Of a stretch of 64,000 nt of DNA, positions 40,982 to 50,646 are shown in pieces; positions within the stretch are counted from its first letter, which is position 1, and each line of letters begins with the position of its first letter. The stretch covers positions 1 to 64,000 of the forward strand of contig CAWVXU010000001.1 in assembly GCA_963934255.1 (NCBI GenBank), given 5' to 3'. Source of the DNA: an uncultured Fibrobacterales bacterium. Lineage in GTDB: Bacteria; Fibrobacterota; Fibrobacteria; Fibrobacterales; CAWVXU01. A program made the translations under genes and the position numbers. The notes under the pieces were generated by a model, which made no database searches, was not told the DNA's origin, and saw nothing but the letters and a program-made list of their open reading frames with translations.

Positions 40982-42274
40982 TTAGTCACGTATTAGAATA
41001 GTGCGAGCTGCTTTAAATGTTCCTTTGTCAGAACTGACTTGAACAACATAAGTACCCATTTGTAAGGCTTGAGTGAAGTTCACCTGGTGTGAAGTGGCTG
41101 ATGCACTCGAAGCCTCGGCTAATAGTTGACCTTCTAGACTGTATACTGAAACGTGCAGCGCTTCAGCTTGACCTAGTGTTGCCTCAACGCTAGTGGCAGA
41201 TATCTGAATAGTTTGGTTGAGTAGAGTTGTTGATTCGATGGATGTAGTCACGTCACCGCTTAGGAATTTAATTTCTTTTAATATTACTTGGAAACTATCT
41301 GCGACTTCTGAGTTGCCAATCTCAAATGCCATTACCTCTAAGTTATCCCAATCTATTGTCGCAGGAGAGCCGTAAGCTACTTCAAAGTTATCACGTGTTA
41401 ATTTAACAGTGGATTCTGTTGCCGCAACGGGTAGGTTATGGATGAATCTCCCTATTGTTCCGTCTTTTAAAATTAAGCTAGTAGCATATTGTGCTTTGTA
41501 AGTAATAGACAGTGTGTCGTCCAAAGCAAAAGCATAAGCCGTATCTATTGATAGTCCGCCACCATTCCATTTATAGCCTGCATCTATCAAAGATACAGTA
41601 AAGATCATTGCGCTTGTGCCATTATCAGAAGAATGAAGATTACCACCAGTAGTTGGGTCAATCGATGCGCCAGCATATGCAGATGGGTACCATTTGACTG
41701 AATGAATCCAGTTTAAAGGGTCGACCACAACGACAGGGCCTGTGCTTGCAATAAATTCAACTTGCTTAATAGTTACGTTGTGAACTGCGGCGGGATTTTG
41801 AACACCGATGTCAAAAACAAGAGTCGTTAATTGAGACCAATCAAAATTTGATGGGTATTCCCAATTAGGGCCGAATTGTGAGCGAGTGATTTTTTTGAGG
41901 GTATAAGTCACCGAAGCCGGAAGAGTCGTCAGATAAGTGCCATTATTTACATCTTTGACCATCAAACTTATCGAGTGATCTGATTTATAGTGAATAAAAA
42001 GAGTGTCGTTAGCTGGAAAGCCAAAAGTTGTATCGTGTTGAATTCCACCACCATTCCAAACAGTTCCACCGTCGATAGTGGTCACAGCGAATTGAAGAAC
42101 ATGATCAACACCATCAGTCGTGTGAAGAGCTGCAGGAGTTCCCGGTGCAATCGATGCTGAATCGGTATCTAGTGAACCATAAGCAGATGGAGCCCAAGTC
42201 GCCGAGCTTACCCAATTTTGTGCGCTAATAGATGCAGCACAGACCAATGTTGTTAGTATTGTAGTTAATTTCAT
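40982..42274 (-). CDS. Secreted protein with two tandem CBM-like beta-sandwich repeats and a T9SS-type C-terminal sorting domain
   Basis: Signal peptide; two ~165-aa repeats (WxPSAY...LH..D...WNGGG...DTL.I.YK...LP...DW..L....F.IG); C-terminus VSVYSLEGQLL...GTYVVQV. Confidence 0.7.
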   Translation of the reverse strand: MKLTTILTTLVCAASISAQNWVSSATWAPSAYGSLDTDSASIAPGTPAALHTTDGVDHVLQFAVTTIDGGTVWNGGGIQHDTTFGFPANDTLFIHYKSDHSISLMVKDVNNGTYLTTLPASVTYTLKKITRSQFGPNWEYPSNFDWSQLTTLVFDIGVQNPAAVHNVTIKQVEFIASTGPVVVVDPLNWIHSVKWYPSAYAGASIDPTTGGNLHSSDNGTSAMIFTVSLIDAGYKWNGGGLSIDTAYAFALDDTLSITYKAQYATSLILKDGTIGRFIHNLPVAATESTVKLTRDNFEVAYGSPATIDWDNLEVMAFEIGNSEVADSFQVILKEIKFLSGDVTTSIESTTLLNQTIQISATSVEATLGQAEALHVSVYSLEGQLLAEASSASATSHQVNFTQALQMGTYVVQVSSDKGTFKAARTILIRD

Positions 42275-42519
42275 GATTTCCCTTTGCTGATACTATCATA
42301 GTACTCAAACTTATGCTTTTAAAGTAAGAATTGTCCTTCTATTATCCTCGTAAAAACACTGTTGAGAGAGAAGAAATGGAACCTTATCGGAGGATTCTGT
42401 TCAATATTCTAAAAATTCTCGCCAAAAGTAGTGAATCTTAGGTATTAAAATTATTTTAAGCTTCGATTGATAAAAGACTTACGGGCTGATTAGTTTAATA
42501 ATTTAGGTCAAAAGTACAT

Positions 42520-45048
42520 TTGGAAATAAACCAAAATCAGGACAAAATGCAAGCAGCCAACACTTCACCTTTACCTATAGCCGAACATCTTGATTCTATA
42601 ATTGAATCGTTTAAAAATTCGCCTCGAGTTTTAGTTGAAGCTGAGCCGGGTGCAGGTAAATCAACTCTAGTCCCAGTAAAGCTTTTACAAAATTGTGAGA
42701 GATTAGGAATTCAAGGCCAAATTATTTTGCTGCAACCCAGGCGTTTGGCAACAAAGTCCTTGGCTAATCGATTAGCGTTTTTACTCGGTGAAAAAGTTGG
42801 AGAAAGTGTCGGCTACATCGTTCGGGGAGAATCAAAAGTATCCGCAGCCAGCAAACTCCTGGTCATGACACAAGGTATCTTTGTGAAGAAGATTCTTTCA
42901 GATCCAGAGCTAAGTGGAGTGGGGCTTGTTTTAATTGATGAATTTCATGAGAGACATATTGATGGAGACTTAAGTCTTGCCATGATTCTTGATACTCAAG
43001 AAATTATCAGACCTGAGCTTAAACTTGGAATATTATCAGCGACTCTGAATCGAAGTGCATTACTTAGGTTACTGAATAACGATGATTTTCATTGTGAAGA
43101 TTGTTTTAGTGAAGGAAGGCAATATCCTGTTGATGTGAAGCATATTGATGTAGATCTAAATGATTTAAAAAAGCGTCATGTGATGGTTGAAAAATCCGTA
43201 CAATATTCACTTCTAGCCCTCAATCAATTAGAAAATGGTCATGTACTTTGCTTCTTGCCGGGTGTGGGTGAAATACATCAAGCCAGTGAACTTTGTTTAC
43301 AGAAAATCAAAGACTCTCTGCATGACAGTATTGAAGTCCTAGAACTTCATTCGCAACTTTCACTAAATCAACAGTCCACTGTATTAAGTGAATCTGAACC
43401 TGGTGCTCAGCGGATTATTTTTGCGACGAATATTGCCGAAAGTTCTTTGACTATTCCAGGTGTTCGGGCAGTGGTAGATACAGGTCTTCAAAAAGTGGCA
43501 AGATGGAATCCGGTTTGTGATACACATTCACTTGAGTTAGAACTTTGCGCACAAGATTCATGTGTCCAAAGAAGAGGGCGTGCTGGCCGGACGAGTCCGG
43601 GCATTGCTTATGCTTTATGGCCGAAACGCGTAGATGCTTGGAGACCTAAACACGCTGAAGCAAGTTTGATCTATGAGGATCTAGTCGAGATGAAATACCT
43701 CTGGCAAATATGGGGCGAATCCGAGTGTTATGAAAATCGTTTTAGTGATCTGCCACCAGAAGGGCATTGGAAAGCTGCGACTGAGATTTTAAAACTTAGT
43801 GGCGTGATTAACGATGCTGGAAATTTAAGCGGCGAATCTGCTAGTGATGGTTTTAGGCTTAATATTAATCCAAGATTATTAGGATTATTTTTTAATAAGC
43901 AATTGGATGAACCAACGAATTCAGCAAAAATTGATACACCGCACCTTACCAACATTAGGTGGTACCTAACTGCTTTAATGGATGAAAATATCTGGCCTCA
44001 GTCACAAGACCCTATTTCACTTAATAATTTATTTTTAGATCGTTTTCAACCCAAAGATTTTTCTAAGCGAATTACACAATGGGAGAAACAGTTCAAACAC
44101 AAATGGTCCATGCCAAAATATGATGGTGAGCTCGTTAAAGATATTCTTATTCAAGGATTAAGGGCCAGGATTTCTTGGAAGCAAGGCTCGCAGAATTTAC
44201 AATTCAATGGAGCCGGACTTGAGCTGCATCCACAACTTCCTGAAGGATTTATTTCTCTTTACCAAAGAGGAAGTAATCTGAAGTGTTTCATCTATCAAGA
44301 AATAACAAAAAATGAAATTGAACATCTTAGTGTGGAAAAGACTCAGCTCATCTATACTGACAAATGGCAGGCGCAAAAAACAACTCTTATGGGTCCCATC
44401 GTTCTGACTAATAAACCATGCCCACTTCCAACAGGTGAAGACTTTCAAGCTGCCCTTGATGGACTGATTATAGATATGAGTATGAGAGCAGACAAAAAAG
44501 ACAAACAACAACTTTGGCTACATGACTTTTGGAATCTATTTGAAGTCAGTGATGCTGATCATCGTTTCAATGAACGTTACTTTTGGTTTTTTCAAAGTAA
44601 AATTTCACCAGAAAAACATTGGAGAAAAAGTTGGAATGAATGGCTCACACCTTATTTGAGTTCAGTACAAAGTTTCAAAGATATGAAGTCTTTAAAGCTT
44701 AGAGAACTCTGGAATCAATCTTTAGATTACGAAACACAAAGCGAATTTAAACGTAGTATTATAAAAACATGGCAAGCCCCAAGTGGGCAAAAGTTTGATG
44801 TGGATTATAGTCAAAAGACTCCAAAAGTTTCCTGCCGTCTACAGGATGTTCTTGGCTTGGAAGACCATCCCATGATTTTAAACAAGCCAATTCTTCTTGA
44901 GCTTTTATCACCGGCGAGAAGACCGATCCAAACGACTCAAGATATCAGAGGTTTTTGGGCGGGCTCCTATAGTGAAGTCCGCAAAGAAATGAAGGGGCGT
45001 TACCCCAGACACAACTGGCCTGAAGACCCAACCAAAATCAATATTTAG
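42520..45048 (+). CDS. hrpB: ATP-dependent helicase HrpB (start may be ATG at 42547)
   Basis: AEPGAGKST, DEFHER, SAT, TNIAESSLTIPG, QRRGRAGR, C-terminal FWAGSYSEVRKEMKGRYPRHNWPEDP. Confidence 0.9.
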   Translation: MEINQNQDKMQAANTSPLPIAEHLDSIIESFKNSPRVLVEAEPGAGKSTLVPVKLLQNCERLGIQGQIILLQPRRLATKSLANRLAFLLGEKVGESVGYIVRGESKVSAASKLLVMTQGIFVKKILSDPELSGVGLVLIDEFHERHIDGDLSLAMILDTQEIIRPELKLGILSATLNRSALLRLLNNDDFHCEDCFSEGRQYPVDVKHIDVDLNDLKKRHVMVEKSVQYSLLALNQLENGHVLCFLPGVGEIHQASELCLQKIKDSLHDSIEVLELHSQLSLNQQSTVLSESEPGAQRIIFATNIAESSLTIPGVRAVVDTGLQKVARWNPVCDTHSLELELCAQDSCVQRRGRAGRTSPGIAYALWPKRVDAWRPKHAEASLIYEDLVEMKYLWQIWGESECYENRFSDLPPEGHWKAATEILKLSGVINDAGNLSGESASDGFRLNINPRLLGLFFNKQLDEPTNSAKIDTPHLTNIRWYLTALMDENIWPQSQDPISLNNLFLDRFQPKDFSKRITQWEKQFKHKWSMPKYDGELVKDILIQGLRARISWKQGSQNLQFNGAGLELHPQLPEGFISLYQRGSNLKCFIYQEITKNEIEHLSVEKTQLIYTDKWQAQKTTLMGPIVLTNKPCPLPTGEDFQAALDGLIIDMSMRADKKDKQQLWLHDFWNLFEVSDADHRFNERYFWFFQSKISPEKHWRKSWNEWLTPYLSSVQSFKDMKSLKLRELWNQSLDYETQSEFKRSIIKTWQAPSGQKFDVDYSQKTPKVSCRLQDVLGLEDHPMILNKPILLELLSPARRPIQTTQDIRGFWAGSYSEVRKEMKGRYPRHNWPEDPTKINI

Positions 45049-45256
45049 GGTGACATTCTTTGTTGATGGAACTTTCAATGTCACAGGATTTTATAGCAAA
45101 TGGATAAAATGAGGGACACCTACCCATGATAGCAGATGATAAAGGAAGAATCCCAATAAACCCGAGTGGTTCATTAAATACGAAAGCCGAGCCAATAGCA
45201 AGAAGCCCTATTGTAATGCGAATAATTTTATCTGTTTTTATCATGTTGCATTTCAT
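45038..45256 (-). CDS. DUF2892 (YgaP-like) small membrane protein
   Basis: MKCN..KTDKIIRITIG...GILPL...CP.FYPFAIKSC. Confidence 0.75.
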   Translation of the reverse strand: MKCNMIKTDKIIRITIGLLAIGSAFVFNEPLGFIGILPLSSAIMGRCPSFYPFAIKSCDIESSINKECHPKY

Positions 45257-45425
45257 AGTAATCGTCTAATTTTTTAACCCTATTGATCTTTCACTTATAT
45301 TTACAAAATGAGAGACAAATAGTTGAGTAGGGTTTTACTTCTGTATCATATGTTACATATATTACATAGTCCAAACATCGAAAATAATATTGAAAAATAA
45401 ATTTTGAAATTTAAATATACAGTAT

Positions 45426-45705
45426 TCAGTTGATCCACCATCGGTCCTTGGGTAGCTCTGATTCCAGATCTACCATCTCATTGATTTGAGGCGAAACAAA
45501 TTCAAGTCCTTGTTTGTCGGCTTCTTGAAGTGACTGTTTAACTGACTCTGTCCAGATGTGAAAGGAAAGAGTAAAACCACCCCAGTGTTTAGGGGAGATA
45601 TGCTCGAGCTCCAATATCAAGAGCTGCTTGTAAGGACTCTTCAGGCATCATGTGTAAATCTTTCCATGCAGGGTTGTATCGTCCACACTCCATCAGTGCA
45701 AGTAT
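45426..45705 (-). pseudogene. C-terminal remnant of an MBL-fold metallo-hydrolase (RomA / NAPE-PLD-like)
   Basis: LALMECGRYNPAWKDLHMMPEESLQAALDIGARAYLP*, frameshift near 45590, then HWGGFTLSFHIWTESV...RWWIN; N-terminal part absent. Confidence 0.75.
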
Positions 45706-45847
45706 AAATTGAAATCTCCGATTGTTATTAATTCAAAATGATAAAGTAAAAAAAATAACTGAACTAAAATTTGGTAAGAAGTCACCATTAGTGACGACTA
45801 ATGGTAAATTTAAAGCTACTAAAGGCACAACTTAAAAGGTATCTAGT

Positions 45848-46747
45848 ATGTTGAAATTCATAGTCGTCATCTTTATTTTAAGTGTATCATTATCATGGTC
45901 ATCACAAGAAATCAAAATAGGTTTGTATCAAGCTCAGTCGCATTGGGGTGACAATCTAGATGGTTCACTTAGTTGGAAAGACAAAAAAGAAAGTTCTTTC
46001 ACAGAGGCTGCGCCTAGTGTTCTGAATATTTGGTGGGTTCAGTATCAATTCAATTTTGCTGCAAAATGGGGGCTGTCACTGAAAACGGGATACCATTTTA
46101 ATCGTCTTGAACCATATAATCTATTTGGTGAAAGAGTTGATGGTGCAAACGGAGGCCAATTGATACTTGATAAACATCAAGGATTAGAAGATTTTGATGC
46201 TGCAGGCTCTTATCAATTTAAAGAGTTTAAGTTTCATTTAGGAAGTGTCATGCCGTTATTTCAGGCCAAGCCAAATTCACTAAAAGGTGCGGCTCGAGCT
46301 TGGGGTGGTTTCAGAGCATTCAGAGGTACTGTAGCTTTTGAAGGGTTTCACCTGAACCAGTGGTGGATGCTTAAGGCTGATATCATATTAAAACCATTGA
46401 ACAATTCACAAGTTCATTCGGGCGATGGCAATATTCAATTAATGAATTTTTGGGGATACCCAATAACTCCAAAATATGGAACATTTGTAGGTCAGATCAT
46501 TCAAGTCAATTCTTACCATTGGGATAATGAAAATGAGTCAAGCCCAACTATCTTACGTAGAGAATTCACTTGGGAACCGCAAGTGGGGCTTTCCTTAAAA
46601 GAGTCTTTCTTTGAGCTCAAAGTGTATTTGGGTGCGACTGCTTGGAGTTTTGCTGAAGTAAAAGAACAAGGTGACTTGATTTATGACCCAGCACAAGCTT
46701 CTAGAAACATTATTCTTGGGTTTTCTCTTAGTAGTTATCAATGGTAA
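45848..46747 (+). CDS. Hypothetical secreted protein, probable outer-membrane beta-barrel
   Basis: Signal peptide, aromatic-rich amphipathic strands, C-terminal YQW. Confidence 0.6.
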   Translation: MLKFIVVIFILSVSLSWSSQEIKIGLYQAQSHWGDNLDGSLSWKDKKESSFTEAAPSVLNIWWVQYQFNFAAKWGLSLKTGYHFNRLEPYNLFGERVDGANGGQLILDKHQGLEDFDAAGSYQFKEFKFHLGSVMPLFQAKPNSLKGAARAWGGFRAFRGTVAFEGFHLNQWWMLKADIILKPLNNSQVHSGDGNIQLMNFWGYPITPKYGTFVGQIIQVNSYHWDNENESSPTILRREFTWEPQVGLSLKESFFELKVYLGATAWSFAEVKEQGDLIYDPAQASRNIILGFSLSSYQW

Positions 46748-46751
46748 GTGC

Positions 46752-46774
46752 ACTAGATAGATGCGCTATCTAGT
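46752..46774. terminator. Hairpin after the 45848..46747 gene
   Basis: ACTAGATAG-ATGCG-CTATCTAGT. Confidence 0.45.
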
Positions 46775-46836
46775 TAAGGGCTTTACATTAACCTATAGAT
46801 TATTAAGGCTGGGTACAATTTTATTGATTTGGCGAA

Positions 46837-47309
46837 TCACGCCCGAGTTGTTTGCTTTCTTTTAATTTCTTCAACTAACTGTATGAGAATGTCACTATCT
46901 GCGTCATATAAATATTGCCCTGTTTCAATGATGATAGAATCAGATTTCTTGAAGGGTTGTAATTTTTTTTGGTCTTCTTGTAAGATGAGCTTCTGAGTAT
47001 AGATTACATACGAAGCGAAATTAATTATATAACTTTTGAAATCATTTAACGTTGACTTTGGTTGCAATTTAATAATGCCATTTTCTTAAATTTTTGAATA
47101 TTGAATGTCAAAGTTATAGGCTTCTTGGTATTGAATCAATAGGTCAGCATGATTGAAGTGACCTTCTGAAGTAAAATTTTTTGAAGCTCAGTAGATTTCC
47201 AAACTTTATTTAAAGAGGGGAGACCAACCCCACTTCCGAGTGATAACTCGAAGCCCATGAATAAGATAATAATTAAGAATTGTAAGTTAAATATAAGTAA
47301 TTTACTCAA
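46837..47309 (-). pseudogene. Possible decayed gene of unknown family
   Basis: TTG-started hydrophobic N-terminus (SKLLIFNLQFLIIILFMGFELSLG), frameshift near an A-run, in-frame TAA, then the 46837..47067 ORF. Confidence 0.3.
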
Positions 47310-47385
47310 ATCTAATTAATCACATTGTTTGTTTGACTAATCAATTAGTCTAAGGTAAAATACATCAAGATAAAGTAGGATTCTT

Positions 47386-48165
47386 ATGAAATCACAAATT
47401 CACCTCGTACAACTTAATATTAAATGGCGCAATAAACAGAGCAATTTTAATACGGTTCAAGAGCTTTTAGAAGGATTAGACCTCCAAAATGGGTTAATTG
47501 TACTTCCTGAAATGTTCGCGACCGGCTTTGATGTTGAATACGGTGGAGTCGCTGAAGGCCAAGATGGGCAGCTTGAAGAAACAGATGCCTTTCTTAAAGA
47601 ACTTGCAATTCAGACTCAATGCTACGTTCAAGGAAGTGGGATATCCTATGACCCGGTTTATAAAAAGAGACAAAATATTGTGAGAGTCTTTAATCCTGCT
47701 GGTGAATCTATTTTGACTTATCAGAAAACCTATCCATTTAGTTTTGGTGGTGAGCATCGAAGATTCAGTTCTGGACCCGGAGCTGCTATATTTGACTTCA
47801 ATGGCATCCTTGTCGCCCCAATTATTTGCTACGATTTGAGGTTTCCGGAGCTTTTTCGTGAAGCGATAGATTTGGGTGCAGAACTTTTTACCGTGGTAGC
47901 TAATTGGCCCACACCTCGTCAATTTCATTGGAGGCCACTTCTGCAAGCTAGAGCCATAGAAAATCAAGCAATGGTGATCGGAGTTAATCGATGTGGACGA
48001 GATGAATTTTTAACTTATGAAGGCCAAACTGTTGGCTTTGATGAGTATGGTCGTGAAATCAATAGCTTAGGTAAAAAAGAGGGTGTGTTGAGCATGGATG
48101 TAGATATTGAAAAAATCAGAAAATGGCGAGCAGAATTTCCAGCTCTTAATGATCGTAAAAATTAG
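47386..48165 (+). CDS. Carbon-nitrogen hydrolase (nitrilase / omega-amidase family)
   Basis: LPEMFATGF, YQK, ICYDLRFPE, ANWP, ARAIENQ. Confidence 0.92.
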   Translation: MKSQIHLVQLNIKWRNKQSNFNTVQELLEGLDLQNGLIVLPEMFATGFDVEYGGVAEGQDGQLEETDAFLKELAIQTQCYVQGSGISYDPVYKKRQNIVRVFNPAGESILTYQKTYPFSFGGEHRRFSSGPGAAIFDFNGILVAPIICYDLRFPELFREAIDLGAELFTVVANWPTPRQFHWRPLLQARAIENQAMVIGVNRCGRDEFLTYEGQTVGFDEYGREINSLGKKEGVLSMDVDIEKIRKWRAEFPALNDRKN

Positions 48166-48176
48166 ATTGGCGATTA

Positions 48177-49366
48177 ATGAACTTATTAGACGAAAATAGA
48201 AGTAAACAAGGCAATGAAACCTTTTATCAAGATCTTCCTATTTGTGATAAATTTAAAGAACTGAGTCATTCGGGTCATTATCAATTAATTCCTAGTGATT
48301 GGTGAGTGATTATGAGCGACGTCGTAGGCTCGACTCAAGCGTTTCTTAAAGGTAGATATCGTGATGTTAATTTGATAGGAGTAAGCTCTATTGCCGCTAT
48401 TGGAAATGTGATTAAAGATTTGGAAATTCCATTTGTTTTTGGAGGAGATGGAACTTCAATGGTGGTTCCGGCATCATTAAAGAATTTAGTCCTAGCTGAG
48501 TTGAGTGGACTAGTGCGAATGTCTGAAGTACAGTTTCAGTTAAATTTAAGGATTGGATGTTTAGAGGTTTCAGAGCTCGTTAATCAAGGAGTTCAATTAA
48601 AAGTAGCCAAATTTGGTTTACTACCAAAAAAATCTCTTGTATTTTTTCAAGGTGGGGGACAGTCATTAGCCGATAAATTGATTAAAAAATATCCAGAAAA
48701 ATATCTATGCAAAACCGAGAATATTGTAGCTCCAGATCTTAGTGCTTTATGTTGCAGATGGGAACCGATTCCAGCAAAAAAAGGTAAAGTACTTTCATTG
48801 ATTGTTCAGGCAAAAAACGATGATACGAATGCAACTTACTTTAGGGTTGTCGATGAGATTCAAAAAATCATTGGTGGTGATCTTACAAAGGCAAGTCCAG
48901 TTCACTCTAAATTCATGAAATATAAAAGTCTCAAAAAAGTTTTTGCAGAGGAGTCTCGGACACATGAATTTAATTTGACATACAAATATCTAGCTTATAT
49001 TATGAATATGTTGATGGCACACATGGTCTTTTCTTTCGGTTTTAATAAAATTATTGGTTTCATTAAAAAGTATCCAAATGATATGGAAACACATTCTGAT
49101 TATCGTAAGTTTGATGATTCTCTTCGTTTAGTATTGGATTTAAAGGAAGTAGAACTCACTAGATTAATTAGGTTTTTAAAAAAGAATTTCAGGTTGGAAA
49201 TGTTTTCTATGGAGCTCATATTTCCAATGAAGCGATTATGACTTGTCTAATCCAAGGGATGGATGAAGGTGAACATATTCATTTTATTGATGGTGGAGAT
49301 GGTGGTTATACGATGGCTAGTCGTGAACTTAAATTGCAAATACAAAAAGAGGTCGTGAGTGAGTAA
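48177..49366 (+). pseudogene. DUF3095 family gene interrupted by an in-frame TGA and a -1 frameshift
   Basis: ATG 48177 FYQDLP...YQLIPSDW*VIMSDVVGST (TGA 48303), PFVFGGDG, CRWEPIP, SDYRKFDD; the conserved C-terminus YGAHISNEAIMTC...HIHFIDGGDGGY is in the -1 frame after the A6 run at 49178-49183. Confidence 0.85.
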
Positions 49367-50621
49367 TTCACCCCAGCTAGAATTTTTAGGTCAAGGCGCT
49401 TTGTATGCATCACAATTTGATGATGTCTATTTTAAAGAAAATGGAATTGAAGAATCAAGACATGTCTTCATAGATGGTGTTGATTTTGAAAAGGTCAAGC
49501 TTGTGATGGAAACATCTAAGGGTCAAGAGAAATATAGAATTGGTGAAACCGGTTTTGGCACAGGACTTAATTTTGTTTTAGCACTTGATGCATGGCGTCA
49601 GCTTAAAATACCTGGTATTTTGGAATTCTATAGTGTGGAAAAGTACCCGTTAAGCTCTGACCAGATGAAAAATATTGCAGATGAAAGAAAAGTTCTCTCC
49701 GTGATCAATTTTGAATGGGTGAATTCATATTGTCAAGAAGTTGATCGTCTTAGTAGTGAAAAAACAGCAATTGAAGTTTTTGGTAGAGATTTTCATTTAC
49801 ATGTGGAATGTGGTGAAGGTGGTGATATTTTGAATAATTGGTGTCAATCTTCAAACATTCAAAATGAATCAATGCTTAAAAGTTTTGACGCATGGTTTCT
49901 TGATGGATTTGATCCAATTAAAAACAAAGACTTGTGGAACTATCAGTTATTTGAATCTATCAGGGCGTTGTCTAAGCCAGGAGCCAAAATGGCAACTTAT
50001 ACATCGAGTGGAATTGTCAAAAGACCATTAATTAAAAATGGATTTGTGATTCAAAAACGTGAAGGCGTTTTAGGAAAACAGCATGTCATCCATGGAAGCT
50101 ATGATGCCAATAAAATTATAGCCAAATTAGCCTGGCAAGATTATCTAGACAAGGCCTTGGTTGGGTCATTGCAAAAAGGTGCGATTGATGAATCAATGCA
50201 ACTTATTGAAGAAGGTGCTAAAATAAATAAAATAGAAAGTTATTTCGCTGCGGCCAATAAAGGTGTCCTACACAAAATAGTGACTGACTGGCTAGATTTA
50301 GATTTATTAATGGACGGGCAATTGGGCTTAGATGACCGAGGTGATAGTATTCTTCATGCAAGTATACGTTCAAGGAAAACACAAGAAGTCACATTTTTAG
50401 TTAATTATTTCAGAAAAGCCAATATAGACCCGAATCAATTCCGAGACAAACATGGTCGAACAGCACTATTTTTGTGTGCTCACCAGCGTGACTGGGGATT
50501 ATGTGAATTGTTATTAGATCTAGGATTTGATCCGTTTATAAAAGATCGATATAATAAAAGTATTTCAGAGCTCCAACGAAATGAAAGCCATTGGTTTGAG
50601 CTTCTTGCCAATAAAAAGTAA
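49359..50621 (+). CDS. MnmD-like (MnmC methyltransferase domain) protein fused to C-terminal ankyrin-like repeats
   Basis: QFDDVYF, ESRHVFIDG, IGETGFGTGLNF, DAWFLDGFDP, ATYTS; C-terminal DDRGDSILHAS and DKHGRTALFLCA..LLLDLGFDP. Confidence 0.8.
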   Translation: MSNSPQLEFLGQGALYASQFDDVYFKENGIEESRHVFIDGVDFEKVKLVMETSKGQEKYRIGETGFGTGLNFVLALDAWRQLKIPGILEFYSVEKYPLSSDQMKNIADERKVLSVINFEWVNSYCQEVDRLSSEKTAIEVFGRDFHLHVECGEGGDILNNWCQSSNIQNESMLKSFDAWFLDGFDPIKNKDLWNYQLFESIRALSKPGAKMATYTSSGIVKRPLIKNGFVIQKREGVLGKQHVIHGSYDANKIIAKLAWQDYLDKALVGSLQKGAIDESMQLIEEGAKINKIESYFAAANKGVLHKIVTDWLDLDLLMDGQLGLDDRGDSILHASIRSRKTQEVTFLVNYFRKANIDPNQFRDKHGRTALFLCAHQRDWGLCELLLDLGFDPFIKDRYNKSISELQRNESHWFELLANKK

Positions 50622-50646
50622 ATCCTTATCTATTGCTAATATTTCT

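Noticed and set aside
25843..48305. Possible TGA recoding (TGA at a Trp position in the cotH remnant, probably also in DUF3095, plus a TGA in the cheX remnant)
   Set aside because: TGA is the real stop of several intact genes with ATGA overlaps (4092, 36051, 37481, 39919), and long Trp-rich genes such as sprA contain no in-frame TGA. These are nonsense mutations in decaying genes.
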